Shown piece by piece: positions 9,240 to 19,391 of a DNA stretch of 64,000 bases; the stretch's first letter is position 1; each line of letters opens with the position of its first letter. Origin of the DNA: Pyrinomonadaceae bacterium (lineage in GTDB: Bacteria > Acidobacteriota > Blastocatellia > Pyrinomonadales > Pyrinomonadaceae); NCBI GenBank assembly GCA_046313635.1, contig JBKBYA010000001.1:256001-320000 (forward strand), written 5' to 3'. The notes beneath the pieces were generated by a model. It did no database searches. It was not told the DNA's origin and worked only from the letters and a program-made list of their open reading frames with translations. Made by a program: the position numbers and the translations under genes.

Positions 9240-10616
9240 ATGCATAACGTTGATATCGATATCGTCGAGCTGACGCTGGACGTGATGAAGTTCGCCATCG
9301 GCCGGATCACAAACGCCGATCCGCCGCTCGGCGCGCCCAAGAGCGAAAGCGAACTGCGCGAGCTCGTCGGCGAGACGATCACGCCCGAGGGCATCACGGG
9401 CGAGCGCGCCTTCCAGATCTTTCGCGACGTGCTGATCAAGTCGAGCGTCGCGATCGATCATCCGCGGCATCTTGCGTTCGTCCCGGCGTCGCCGACGCGG
9501 GCGGCGGTGATGTTCGATCTAGTCACGTCGGCCGCGAGCGTCCACGGAGCTTTCTGGCTCGAGGGCGCGGGCTGCATCTTTGCCGAGAACGAAGCGATGC
9601 GCTGGCTGGTCTCGCTGACCGGTTTGCCGAGAGGTGCTTTTGGAGTATTCACGACCGGCGGCACGTCGGCCAATCTCTCGGCGATCGTGACGGCCCGCGA
9701 GAATTGGCGCGAGAGCGACGCGGGCCGGCGGGGCCTGCGCGGGATGATCGTCGCCTCGGCCGGCGCGCATTCGTCGGTCAAGGCGATGGCGAAGGTGATC
9801 GACGCCGACGTTTATTTGATCGATTCCGAAGACCGGTTCGAGGGCGAGCAGCTCGCGGCAGCGCTGCGGTCGCTCGAGCCTGAGGACAGGGCACGCGTCT
9901 TCGCCGTCGTCGCCACCGCGGGGACGACCAACGCCGGCATCATCGACGATCTCAAGGGCATCGGCGAGATCTGCCGGAGCGAGGGCCTCTGGTATCACGT
10001 CGACGCCGCGTACGGCGGTGCGGCGCTCGCGGCGCCGTCTGTGAGGCCGCTGTTTGACGGGATCGAAATGGCCGACAGCGTGACGATCGACCCGCACAAA
10101 TGGCTCTTTTCGCCGTACGACTGCGGCGCGATCATCTACCGCGAACCGGAGCTCGCACGCCGCGCGCACGCCCAGGCCGGCTCGTATCTCGACATCTTTT
10201 ACGACGAAAAAGTGACCGGCTTTAATCCGGCGGATTACCAAATTCAATTGACGCGTCGCGTGCGCGGGTTGCCGCTCTGGTTCTCGCTCGCGATGCACGG
10301 CACGGCACGCTACACGCAGGCGATCGAGCGCGGCATCGAGCTCGCACGCATCGCGGGCCGCAAGGTCGAGGCGCTCGACTTCACCGAGCTCGTCCGAGAG
10401 CCGAGTCTGTCGTGCGTCCTGTTTCGCCGCAAGGGCTGGAGCGAGGACGACTACAAACGCTGGACGTACAAAAACTACCGCAGCGGCTTTGCGCTCGTCG
10501 CGCCGACCAAATGGCGGATCAACGGCTCGCACGAGACGGTCGCGCGGTTTTGCTTTATCAATCCCGACACGACCGAAAAGGACATCGACGACATCCTCGC
10601 GACGATGAACGATTGA
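9240..10616 (+). CDS. group II PLP-dependent amino acid decarboxylase
   Basis: GGTSANL, ATAGTTNAGIID, HVDAAYGG and DSVTIDPHKW (PLP lysine). Confidence 0.92.
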   Translation: MHNVDIDIVELTLDVMKFAIGRITNADPPLGAPKSESELRELVGETITPEGITGERAFQIFRDVLIKSSVAIDHPRHLAFVPASPTRAAVMFDLVTSAASVHGAFWLEGAGCIFAENEAMRWLVSLTGLPRGAFGVFTTGGTSANLSAIVTARENWRESDAGRRGLRGMIVASAGAHSSVKAMAKVIDADVYLIDSEDRFEGEQLAAALRSLEPEDRARVFAVVATAGTTNAGIIDDLKGIGEICRSEGLWYHVDAAYGGAALAAPSVRPLFDGIEMADSVTIDPHKWLFSPYDCGAIIYREPELARRAHAQAGSYLDIFYDEKVTGFNPADYQIQLTRRVRGLPLWFSLAMHGTARYTQAIERGIELARIAGRKVEALDFTELVREPSLSCVLFRRKGWSEDDYKRWTYKNYRSGFALVAPTKWRINGSHETVARFCFINPDTTEKDIDDILATMND

Positions 10617-10625
10617 TCTTCATGG

Positions 10626-11375
10626 CTAGGCCGCGCGAGTCAGCAGCGCCGGAAGTATCTCGCCCGCTGCTCCGCGCAGCGCGTGAGTGCTGAATGGAGT
10701 GAGCGGCGTGTCTTCGGGATTGATCTCGACGACCGCCGCGCCGGCGGCTGCCGCGACGTGCGGCAGCTCGTTTGCGGGATAAACGAGCGCCGAGGTCCCG
10801 ACCACAAGACAGACCTCGCACATCGCCGCCGCGTCTCGAGCCGAGGCGATCGATCCGGCGTCGAGCATTTCGCCGAAGAGTACGACGTCGGGCCGCATCG
10901 CGCTGCCGCAGACAGGACAAACCGGCGGACGCTCGCCGGCCGGCAGATCGGCGGTCAAGATTCGAAATCCGCAGTCGAGGCAGCGCGCACGCCGCGCGTT
11001 GCCGTGCAGCTCGATCACATCGCGAGCCCCGGCCTCGGCGTGCAGGCCGTCGACGTTCTGCGTGGCGATCGTAAATTCATCAAATCGCCCCGAGCCCTGC
11101 GCCTCGGCGAGCGCGGCGTGACCGGGATTGGGTTTGCAGTGGCTGAGAGTTTCGATGCGGTGATCGAACCACTCCCAGACGAGCGGCAGATCGTCGTTGA
11201 CCATTCGCGCCGACGAGATCTGCTCAAAAGGCATCCCGCGCCAGACGAGCGAGCGGCCGCCGCCGCGGAATGTCGGCACGCCCGACTCGGCCGAGATGCC
11301 GGCGCCGGTGAGCACAAAGACGCGGCATGCGCGCTCGACGGCGGCACGCGCCGAGGTGAGATCGTTTTGGTCCAT
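10626..11375 (-). CDS. cobB: NAD-dependent protein deacylase (sirtuin)
   Basis: TGAGISAESGVPTFRG, TQNVDGLH, ELHG, two CxxC, RPDVVLFGE, VGTSALVYPA. Confidence 0.93.
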   Translation of the reverse strand: MDQNDLTSARAAVERACRVFVLTGAGISAESGVPTFRGGGRSLVWRGMPFEQISSARMVNDDLPLVWEWFDHRIETLSHCKPNPGHAALAEAQGSGRFDEFTIATQNVDGLHAEAGARDVIELHGNARRARCLDCGFRILTADLPAGERPPVCPVCGSAMRPDVVLFGEMLDAGSIASARDAAAMCEVCLVVGTSALVYPANELPHVAAAAGAAVVEINPEDTPLTPFSTHALRGAAGEILPALLTRAA

Positions 11376-11401
11376 TTTGTGAAGTTCGATCTGGGCGATC
11401 T

Positions 11402-11800
11402 TTAATCGAGCACCATCACCGCGGCCTCGCCCTTGACGACCGTTTGGCCGTCCTGCTTGGTGACGATCGTCTCGAGCGTGACGACGGGCTTGTCCTCGCG
11501 GATGTTCGTCACCCTCGCTTCGGCCGTCACGGTGTCGCCGACAAAGACCGGTGCGGTGAATTTGAGCGTCTGCGAGAGATAGACGATCTTGCGCTCGCGC
11601 AGCTCGTAGCCGAGTACGGCCGAGATAAATGCGCCGCTCAGCATGCCGTGCGCGATTCTCCGGCCGAAGCGCGTCTGCGCCGCAAACTCCTCGTCGAGAT
11701 GTATCGGGTTGTAGTCGCCCGAGACGTCCGCGAATCGGCGAATGAGCTCGTCGGTGACGAGCCGTGAGGTCGAAAATCTGTCTCCGATCTTTAGCTGCAT
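11402..11800 (-). CDS. MaoC-family (R)-hydratase
   Basis: SGDYNPIH...IAHGML hydratase-2 motif. Confidence 0.92.
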   Translation of the reverse strand: MQLKIGDRFSTSRLVTDELIRRFADVSGDYNPIHLDEEFAAQTRFGRRIAHGMLSGAFISAVLGYELRERKIVYLSQTLKFTAPVFVGDTVTAEARVTNIREDKPVVTLETIVTKQDGQTVVKGEAAVMVLD

Positions 11801-11858
11801 TGGTTATCTCTTGTTACAACACTTGCGCCGCCCGCGGTCAGATCCGGTGCGTGATGCG

Positions 11859-14291
11859 TCAACGAACAAAGCTGTTAGGCACAGGCCGGTCGCCCGCCGC
11901 GCCGAACTGCACGATCTGCGTGCCGCCCGTACTTCGATTGATGTACCACGTTCCGGATGCGGGACGAAACACGGCCGCATCCAGCTTGCCGTCGCCGTCG
12001 TAGTCGCCCGGCGCGGGCACGTCGCCCTGCGAGCCGAAAGGAAATGCAAAGTACGAACGGTCCTCGCTCCGCAGTATGAACCACTCGCCCGTCGACGGCC
12101 GCCAAAAAGCGGCGTCCGCCTTTGCATCGCCGGTCCAGTCGCCGACCGTGACGCTGTCGGTCGCCAGTCCGAAAGCGAGCGCCGTCACGCCGCCGCTCGA
12201 TCGCGCGATCCAAAACTCCGTCTGGCCCGACGCTCCGGTCGGCCTCGAGATCGCGAGGTCGGCGCGGCCGTCGCCGTCGTGATCGGCGGGGACGGGCCTG
12301 TCGTTCGCGGAGCCGAAATTCTCGATCCGCGTGCCGCCCGTTGAGCTGCTGATAAACCACGTTCCGGCGCGGAAGACGGCGGGGTCGGCCTTTGCGTCCC
12401 CGTCGTAGTCGGCCGGTGCGGCGACGTCGCCCGACCGGCCAAAAGCAAAACCGTAGAATGACGAATCTTCGCTCCGCAGTATCAGCCACTGTCCGCTCGA
12501 CGGCCTGAAAACCGCGAGGTCCGCGCGGCCGTCGCCGGTAAAATCGGCCGGCACGGGAACGTCGTTCGACGCGCCGAAAGCCGTGCCCGTGGCCGTGCCG
12601 CCGCTCGACCGCAGACCCCACCACTCGGCCTGTCCCGACGCGCCCGGCGAGCGAAAGACCGCGATGTCCGTCCGGCGGTCGCCGTCGAGATCGAAAGGCG
12701 CTGGCGGCGCCGGCGTCGTGCTCGTCGGCAGCTCGACGCGTACGTCGAGACTCTCGGGCGACGTGCCGCCCTTGCCGACGATCGTGATGCGTATCTGGTC
12801 CTGCTGATCGTAGAACGTCTGACCGACGAGCAGCGGCGCGTCATAAGTGTTGCCGAGCGTCGACGGCGTCATATCGAGGAGCTGCGCCTGATAGTTGGAG
12901 CCGATCGGGTAGTCCCAGCGAATGACGGCGCCGTTCATCGCGTTCGGATTGCCTGTGACGAGCTGGCGAAATTCGATCCAGTAGGTGCGGGTGGCGTTCT
13001 TCGGTATTCGCAGCAGACGCTTGAGCGTGCCACCGAGCGCCGTGCTGTCCTGCGCGTAGATGCGATAGACGCCGTCGGCCGCGGTCGCGTTGATCACCTC
13101 GCCGTCGGTGAGCCAGCCGAGCACGCGCTTGTAGCGCGCGTTAAAGTGCGAGGTCAGGTATGCCGAGCCGCGGCCCATCATATCAAAGCCGTCGCCGTAC
13201 TCCTGATTGACGCCGGCGCCGATCACCGAACCGTCGGTCGTTCGCCAGAGATTTGCGTGCAGCAGCCCGTAATTGTGACCGAGCTCGTGCGCTATCGTTC
13301 CGGCATCAAAGTCGCCGTTGAGCAAAAAGCCCTTGCCGCCGACCGTGCCCGCGCCGTTCCACGAGATCCGCGCGTCGTAGCTGAAGGCGACAAGGTCAAA
13401 CGAGTAATTCGCCGTCTCAAATCCCGCGGCTCGTGCCGCCGCGCGCGCGTCGGCGAGGAGCGCGTTGATGTTGCTCAGGTAGTACGTCTGCGTCTGCGGC
13501 ACGCGGACGACGCTCGTCACCGCCGGCGCGAGCAGTGTCGTCTTGCCGTACGAATTCGCCGCAAAAAAAGGAGCGATGTCGGAGCTGAATGTCGCCAGGG
13601 CCCTCGCACTAGTGAGCGGGAGACCCTCGTAGTCGACCGGCTCGCCCGGCCGGTCAGAAAAGTCGACGCGGATGACAAGCACGCTCTTAGGCCCCTCGGT
13701 CCACGCCGACATCTCGGATGCGGACGCCGCGTCTGCGGCATCCGCCGTCATCGGGTCGAGCGCGATCGCGCCGTCGAGCTCTATGCCCGACAGCGGAATA
13801 TCTCTCGAGCCGCTCGGACGCGCGGCATGCGAGCTCGTCGACGCGCGGTAGACGGCGCCGTCGTCGCGTCGTGTGACGACGAGCTCGTCAGGCGGCAGCG
13901 GCCCTCGGGCCCGGCCGCCCGCGCCGCTGTCGTAGACGCGCAGACCGACGTCGCCGCGAAACTCGACACGCTTCTCGACCAGCGAACGCATCTCGGCCGG
14001 CAGCCGCTCGACCACGTCGACCGCGAGCGCGCGGCGCAGAGCCTCGTCCGGCGCGGCGAGGATCAGAGACCTCATCGCATCGCGCCGCCGCCGCGCGATC
14101 GCCATGCCCTCGGCCAGTGCCTCAGGCGAGTGAGCTGCGCCGGCGCCATTCGACGCGATCCACCGTTCGAGCTCGGCAAAGTCGTCGTGCTCCGACTGCG
14201 TATTAACGATAAAGACGTTGGTTGTCAGTGCCGCGGCGGCGATCGTCAACAGGGCAAAACCGCGTACCTTGTTTCTGAAACAGAACTGCAT
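11859..14291 (-). CDS. secreted metzincin metallopeptidase (M11-like) with C-terminal FG-GAP repeat module
   Basis: Signal peptide, HELGHNYGLLH zinc motif, EYGDGFDMMG Met-turn, then six D[FYWH]xGDG..D.A.FRP-type repeats. Confidence 0.85.
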   Translation of the reverse strand: MQFCFRNKVRGFALLTIAAAALTTNVFIVNTQSEHDDFAELERWIASNGAGAAHSPEALAEGMAIARRRRDAMRSLILAAPDEALRRALAVDVVERLPAEMRSLVEKRVEFRGDVGLRVYDSGAGGRARGPLPPDELVVTRRDDGAVYRASTSSHAARPSGSRDIPLSGIELDGAIALDPMTADAADAASASEMSAWTEGPKSVLVIRVDFSDRPGEPVDYEGLPLTSARALATFSSDIAPFFAANSYGKTTLLAPAVTSVVRVPQTQTYYLSNINALLADARAAARAAGFETANYSFDLVAFSYDARISWNGAGTVGGKGFLLNGDFDAGTIAHELGHNYGLLHANLWRTTDGSVIGAGVNQEYGDGFDMMGRGSAYLTSHFNARYKRVLGWLTDGEVINATAADGVYRIYAQDSTALGGTLKRLLRIPKNATRTYWIEFRQLVTGNPNAMNGAVIRWDYPIGSNYQAQLLDMTPSTLGNTYDAPLLVGQTFYDQQDQIRITIVGKGGTSPESLDVRVELPTSTTPAPPAPFDLDGDRRTDIAVFRSPGASGQAEWWGLRSSGGTATGTAFGASNDVPVPADFTGDGRADLAVFRPSSGQWLILRSEDSSFYGFAFGRSGDVAAPADYDGDAKADPAVFRAGTWFISSSTGGTRIENFGSANDRPVPADHDGDGRADLAISRPTGASGQTEFWIARSSGGVTALAFGLATDSVTVGDWTGDAKADAAFWRPSTGEWFILRSEDRSYFAFPFGSQGDVPAPGDYDGDGKLDAAVFRPASGTWYINRSTGGTQIVQFGAAGDRPVPNSFVR

Positions 14292-14577
14292 TGTTTGTTA
14301 TCGCCCGGCCGTGACCGGGAAAGCGTTTGCTGCGATCTTGAAGGTGATGTCCTCGTTCGTCGCCGCACAAGTGTGAGCGTCGACGAGTCGGGGACCGAGT
14401 TAAGCGAGACTTGTTACAGTGGGCATCTCTCTGCCGGCCGTCAGACCGTCGAGAGCAGGTTTGAACAGGTCGAATTCTAACTAACCGCAAAGGGTGCGCG
14501 CAATCGCCGGCGGCCGATATCCCGGCGCGATCTTTTAAGGCCTTGTCATCAAACGGCCGCGGCGCTTTAATTCGATC

Positions 14578-15057
14578 ATGGGCAATTCATCAGCGACCTC
14601 CGGACAGATCGTTAAATGCCCGTCGTGCGGAGCGGCCAATCGCGTGTCTCCGCAGCAGGCGGGCGGCAGGCAGGCCGTGTGCGGCAAGTGCGGTACGCTG
14701 CTGACGCCGCCGGCCGCATCTCGACCCTCGTCGGCAAACGGACCGCTGACCGTGACCGATGCAAACTTTGAGAGCCTCGTGTCGGCATCGGCCGTTCCGG
14801 TGGTGCTCGATCTCTGGGCCGCCTGGTGCGGGCCGTGCCGGATCGTCGCTCCGACGATCGACTCGCTTGCACGCGAGCTCGGCCAGCGCGCTCTCGTCTG
14901 CAAACTCGATGTCGACGCCAATCCGCGCACGGCGGCTCGATTCGCCGTCAGCAGCATTCCGACGATCCTGATCCTCAGCGGCGGACGTGAGGTCGACCGG
15001 ATGATCGGCGTCCAGTCTCGCGAAGCCATCCTCTCCCGCCTGCAGCGTTTCCTCTAA
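14578..15057 (+). CDS. trxC: thioredoxin 2 with N-terminal zinc finger
   Basis: CPSCGAANR...CGKCG followed by WCGPC. Confidence 0.88.
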   Translation: MGNSSATSGQIVKCPSCGAANRVSPQQAGGRQAVCGKCGTLLTPPAASRPSSANGPLTVTDANFESLVSASAVPVVLDLWAAWCGPCRIVAPTIDSLARELGQRALVCKLDVDANPRTAARFAVSSIPTILILSGGREVDRMIGVQSREAILSRLQRFL

Positions 15058-15156
15058 GACTCACAATTTATCGCAGCGACTGCTGCGGCTCATCGACTCT
15101 GGCACCATAAATGCCTTTTCCGCCCGCAGATCACAGATTTTCGGGGGGAAATATTT

Positions 15157-16059
15157 ATGTCGCTGATTTATTGTCCTGAATGCGGACACGAGATCTCCAA
15201 CGCCGCCGTCGCGTGCCCAAACTGCGGCCGGCCGGTCAACGCCGTGCCCGCAACGCCGGTCGTCGAGCGTAAGGTCGTGACGGGCGTGGTTCGCAAGCGC
15301 GAAGCGTTCCCGACCTGGGCGTATTTCGTCGTCGGTACGCTGGCGGTGCTGTTGCTTTTCGTTCTCTTTGTCGCGTCGCGGCGCGATGACGACGATCTGG
15401 CGAATCAGCGTGTCAGGGTCAACGCCAATCTCGACCGCGCGTCCGCGGCCGATCGCAATTCGATGTCGAGCGCGCCCTCGTCGGTGACCGACGTTCCGCC
15501 TTCGGGTTCGTCGTCGATAACCGTCCCGAGCGAGAGCGCGCCGCCGGTGCCGATGCCGAGCGCGCCGGGATACTCGACGACCGTTCCCGGCTCGAGCGTT
15601 TCGGTCCCGCCGCCCGCGACCAAAGGCACCGTCGTGATCGACGCCAAGATACTGCCGCGGACGGGCACGACGCCGCAGCCGGTCAGGAACGTGAAGTTCT
15701 ATCTACTTGACCGCGACGTCGAGACGATACTCAGTGAGGCGGACATCGAGCCGATCGAGGGACAGACGCTGACCAACAGTTTCGGGCTGTCGCTGATGTT
15801 CCCCGACCGCTACGGCGACTTTTACCGCCAGGCGATGGCCGCACTCAAAAAGCACATCAAGTACGCCGGCCAAACCGACGGCTCCGGCAAGGCGCAGCTC
15901 GGCAACGTCGACCCGGACAGCTACTACCTGTTTGGAATGACAAAGGGCGCGGGCGGCTTTGCCGTCTGGAGCGCACCGCTCTCGGTCGTCCCCGGCGAAA
16001 ATCTCGTCAACCTCAGCCCGCAGCGCCTCACTGAGGTGCAGTCGAGCTCGGGCGAATGA
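15157..16059 (+). CDS. zinc-ribbon membrane protein
   Basis: CPECG...CPNCG, one TM helix, Ser/Pro linker, extracytoplasmic domain. Confidence 0.8.
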   Translation: MSLIYCPECGHEISNAAVACPNCGRPVNAVPATPVVERKVVTGVVRKREAFPTWAYFVVGTLAVLLLFVLFVASRRDDDDLANQRVRVNANLDRASAADRNSMSSAPSSVTDVPPSGSSSITVPSESAPPVPMPSAPGYSTTVPGSSVSVPPPATKGTVVIDAKILPRTGTTPQPVRNVKFYLLDRDVETILSEADIEPIEGQTLTNSFGLSLMFPDRYGDFYRQAMAALKKHIKYAGQTDGSGKAQLGNVDPDSYYLFGMTKGAGGFAVWSAPLSVVPGENLVNLSPQRLTEVQSSSGE

Positions 16060-16111
16060 CGGCAATTTGAGACAGCGATAAGAGGTTGTCGGAAACGCAT
16101 TTTCGACCGAA

Positions 16112-16184
16112 GCACTAACCCCTACCCACTATCAACTATCAACTGAATGATCCAGTGAATAGTTGATAGCGGATAGTGGATAGT
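16112..16184. repeat. inverted pair of heptamer arrays (ACTATCA)n/(TGATAGT)n
   Basis: actatcaactatcaactg...cagtgaatagttgatagcggatagtggatagt. Confidence 0.75.
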
Positions 16185-16302
16185 TTTGGCGGTCGACACT
16201 TTTCGGCAGCCTCTTTCGCGCTCGGAGAGCTTTGTGACAAACTGACGGGCTGTGAAGCGACGATCGTGAGCGTTCCGGGGCGAGTGCTACGATTGAGTGC
16301 GA

Positions 16303-18636
16303 ATGGACAGCCGCGAGACCGATCATTTATCACAACCGTTCTACACGCGCGGTCGCCTGACGACCTTGGCGATCACGATCCTCCTTGTGCTTGGCGCGGA
16401 CGCACTCGCGCAGGATGTCGCAACAATTGCCGGACAGATCGTCGACCGCTCGGGCGCGGCCGTCGCGAGTGCGCGAGTTCGTTGGGTCACGCCCGACGGC
16501 AAGACACGTGCGGCGACGGAGTCCGACGAGGCCGGACGATTCTCGCTGCGCGCGAGCGACATTCCGGTGGGTGAGATCGTCGTCGAGGCGAGCGGGTTTG
16601 AGACGCATCGCTATCGACTGATGCCCGACTCAGGCGCGGGGCCGGTGCGGATCGAGCTCGCGCCCGCCGCCCTCGCCGCGACGGTGACGGTCACGCGCGC
16701 GGCGACGCGGATCGAAGACTCGCCCGAGCCGGTCGTCACGCTCACGCGCGGCGATCTCGAGTCGTCGGCCGCGGCGACGCTCGACGACAAGCTGCGGCAG
16801 GTGCCGGGATTTTCGCTCTTCAGACGCGCGGGCAGCCGGACGGCGAATCCGACAACGCAGGGCGTGAGTTTGCGCGGCGTCGGCGCATCGGGTGCGAGCC
16901 GCGCTCTCGTGCTCGCAGACGGCGCGACGCTCAACGATCCTTTCGGCGGCTGGGTCTATTGGGGCCGCGTGCCGGCCGGGTCGATCGAGCGCGTCGAGGT
17001 GCTGCGCGGGCCGGCGAGCGACCTGTACGGCACGTCGGCGGTCGGCGGTGTCGTCTCGATCGTGACGCGGCGCGGTGCGGAAGTGCCGCTGCTCGACGTC
17101 GAATTCTCGGCAGGCACGCAGCGCTCGCCGCTCGTCTCGGCGTACGCGTCGGCGGGAATGCGCGATTGGTTTGGCTCGCTCGCTGTCGAGGCGTTTCGCA
17201 CGAGCGGCTTTGTGACGGTCGACGAGCGCGAACGAGGCGCGGTCGATACAAAGGCGAATGTGCGCCGCCTCGCGGTCAGCCCGCGAGTGGAACGCGCATT
17301 CGGCAGCTCGCGCGTATTCGCCGCGCCGTCCTTTTACGAGGAGCGTCGAAGTAACGGCACGCCGCTGCAGACCAACGACACGCGGATCGCGTCGATCACG
17401 GTCGGCGCCGACGTCGTCACGCGTGCCGCGGGAGCGCTCAACCTGCGGGCGACGGCGAGCAGGCAGAGTTACCACCAAACGTTTTCGGCCGTCGCGCCGG
17501 GCCGGGCGAGCGAGAGCCTGACGCGTCTGCAGTCGTCGCCGTCGCAGTCTGCGAGCGCCTCGATAACATGGCTGCGGAGCGCGAATGCGAACTTGACGAC
17601 ATTCGCCGGCGCCGAGCTTCGCGAGGTGCGCGGGCGCAGCGACGAGACGGGATTTGCCGGCGGAGCGGCGGGGAGTCTCGCGAGCAGCGGCGGGCGCGAA
17701 TCTGCTTTCGGCGCGTACGCCGGCGGCACGGCAAGCGTTTTGAGCCGCCGCGTGACGCTCGGCGGCGGCGTGCGCTACGACCGCTGGCGCGGTTCGCACG
17801 GTTACGCGTCGACGCTCACGCTGCGAACAGGAGCGCGGTCGACGACGCGATTCGACGATCGCGGCGAGTCGGCCGTCAGCCCGCGGGCCTCTCTGCTCGT
17901 GCGCGTAAACGATAACGTCTCGCTCACGGCGTCGGCGCGGCTCGGCTTTCGGCAGCCGACGCTCAACGAACTTTACCGCTCATTCCGGGTCGGCGACGTG
18001 CTGACGCAGGCGAACGCCGCCTTGCGCGCCGAGCGCGCCGCCGCACTCGAAGCCGGCGCGATCTTTACAGCAAATGGCGGCCGCACGTATCTCAGGTCCG
18101 ACGTCTTTTGCACGGAGATCACACGCAATATCGCGAACGTGACCATCGCCGTCACGCCGGCGCTTACCACGCGGCAAAGGCAGAATCTCGGCCGCACGCG
18201 CTCGTGCGGCGTCGAGGCCGACGCTCAGCATCGCGTCTCGAGCGTGCTGTCGCTCTCGGCCGGCTATTTGTTTGTCGACCCGCGAGTCGAGAGCTTTGCC
18301 GCAAACCGCATGCTCGAGGGCCGGCTCGTGCCGCAGACGCCGCGCCATTCGTTCACGGCGCAGATGAACTTTGCCGATCCGCGGATCGCGAATGTCGGCA
18401 TTCAGCTTCGCGCGTCGTCGCGGCAGTATGAGGACGATCTCAACCAGACGCCGCTCGCCGCGTACGCGAGCGTCGATGCCTTTGTCTCGCGCCGCATCGC
18501 CCGCGGCGCCGAGGTCTTTGCCGCCGCCGAAAATCTCTTCGACACCCGCATCGAGTCGGGCCGCACGCCCGTCACGACACTCGCCGGCCGCCGCGAACTC
18601 AGACTAGGCCTCCGCCTCAACCTCGGCCGCAGATGA
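16303..18636 (+). CDS. TonB-dependent receptor
   Basis: N-terminal CarboxypepD-like domain; plug motifs LRQVPG and IERVEVLRGPASDLYG; barrel ending ENLFD...RLGLRL. Start codon uncertain. Confidence 0.92.
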   Translation: MDSRETDHLSQPFYTRGRLTTLAITILLVLGADALAQDVATIAGQIVDRSGAAVASARVRWVTPDGKTRAATESDEAGRFSLRASDIPVGEIVVEASGFETHRYRLMPDSGAGPVRIELAPAALAATVTVTRAATRIEDSPEPVVTLTRGDLESSAAATLDDKLRQVPGFSLFRRAGSRTANPTTQGVSLRGVGASGASRALVLADGATLNDPFGGWVYWGRVPAGSIERVEVLRGPASDLYGTSAVGGVVSIVTRRGAEVPLLDVEFSAGTQRSPLVSAYASAGMRDWFGSLAVEAFRTSGFVTVDERERGAVDTKANVRRLAVSPRVERAFGSSRVFAAPSFYEERRSNGTPLQTNDTRIASITVGADVVTRAAGALNLRATASRQSYHQTFSAVAPGRASESLTRLQSSPSQSASASITWLRSANANLTTFAGAELREVRGRSDETGFAGGAAGSLASSGGRESAFGAYAGGTASVLSRRVTLGGGVRYDRWRGSHGYASTLTLRTGARSTTRFDDRGESAVSPRASLLVRVNDNVSLTASARLGFRQPTLNELYRSFRVGDVLTQANAALRAERAAALEAGAIFTANGGRTYLRSDVFCTEITRNIANVTIAVTPALTTRQRQNLGRTRSCGVEADAQHRVSSVLSLSAGYLFVDPRVESFAANRMLEGRLVPQTPRHSFTAQMNFADPRIANVGIQLRASSRQYEDDLNQTPLAAYASVDAFVSRRIARGAEVFAAAENLFDTRIESGRTPVTTLAGRRELRLGLRLNLGRR

Positions 18637-18638
18637 GG

Positions 18639-18893
18639 GCGAGTTTCGAATGGCGAATGACGAGTCGAATTTCGAATGGCGAATTTCGAATTTCGAATGA
18701 CGAGTGGCGAATTTCGAATTTCGAATGGCGAATGGCGAATGGCGAATGTTGAAAGCTGAATGGCGAGGGGCGAATGTCGGATCGGAAAACCGTCTATCCG
18801 CCGTTCACCATTCACGATTCACAATTGACGAATTACACTCCCACCAACAACGATCAACGATCAACGAACCACGAACCACGATCAACGACCAAC
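18639..18893. repeat. degenerate heptamer arrays (NNCGAAT)n, then (ATTCACG/TCAACGA)n
   Basis: Runs of ttcgaat/ggcgaat/gacgagt, then attcacg/tcaacga/ccacgaa, between convergent genes. Confidence 0.85.
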
Positions 18894-18895
18894 CC

Positions 18896-19078
18896 TCACA
18901 ACTTCAGCCTCTGCCACTCGGCAAACACGCGCGTGATCTCTGCGTTGAGCCTCTGCTTCTCCGCGAGCGAAACGCCCGCCGCATCGCGCCGCTTTACCAG
19001 CTCCTCGATCTCATGCTGTATCCGCTCCTGCTTAGTCTCCGGCTCGCGGCTCTTTTTAAGGTTGTACTTGTCGTCCAT
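18896..19078 (-). CDS. small helical hypothetical protein (60 aa)
   Basis: ATG-started charged, coiled-coil-like ORF lying between two repeat arrays. Confidence 0.55.
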   Translation of the reverse strand: MDDKYNLKKSREPETKQERIQHEIEELVKRRDAAGVSLAEKQRLNAEITRVFAEWQRLKL

Positions 19079-19160
19079 AAAACGATTCTAATCCCAAAAC
19101 CTCGCCCGCCTCGGCAAAAGCCAGCACGCGAGTAAAGACGTTACAACCAACCGATCACTT

Positions 19161-19391
19161 TCGCCGACTTCTCCCGATCACACCGCGACCGTTCGCCTCC
19201 TAACCGCGACGTTCCCCGATCTGACTACGACTTTTCGTCTCCTGACCGTGACGTTTCGTCTCCGGACCGCGACTTTTCCCCATCTCACCGCGACCGATCG
19301 CTTTCTAACGGCGACTTTTCGTCTCCGGACCGCGACTTCTCGCCATCTGACCGCGACTTTTTGCCATCTGACCGTGACTTTTCCTAATCCG
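19161..19391. repeat. 21-bp degenerate tandem repeat, about 11 units
   Basis: Units such as accgcgacttttcgtctccgg, accgcgacttttccccatctc and accgcgacttctcgccatctg at an exact 21-nt period. Confidence 0.9.

Noticed and set aside
10626..11375. Sirtuin as the partner of HerA (Sir2-HerA defence)
   Set aside because: It is a typical zinc-binding CobB deacylase with host codon usage, about 9 kb from herA and next to maoC.
18402..19135. ORFs with IRHSPF/ANGEWR/PHPSSL/IYHLPF-type repeats (also 26119-26433 and the 5' extensions of thyA and the TPR gene)
   Set aside because: These are translations of non-coding heptamer arrays.
19161..19391. CRISPR array
   Set aside because: Contiguous degenerate 21-mers with no unique spacers, and no cas genes in the window.
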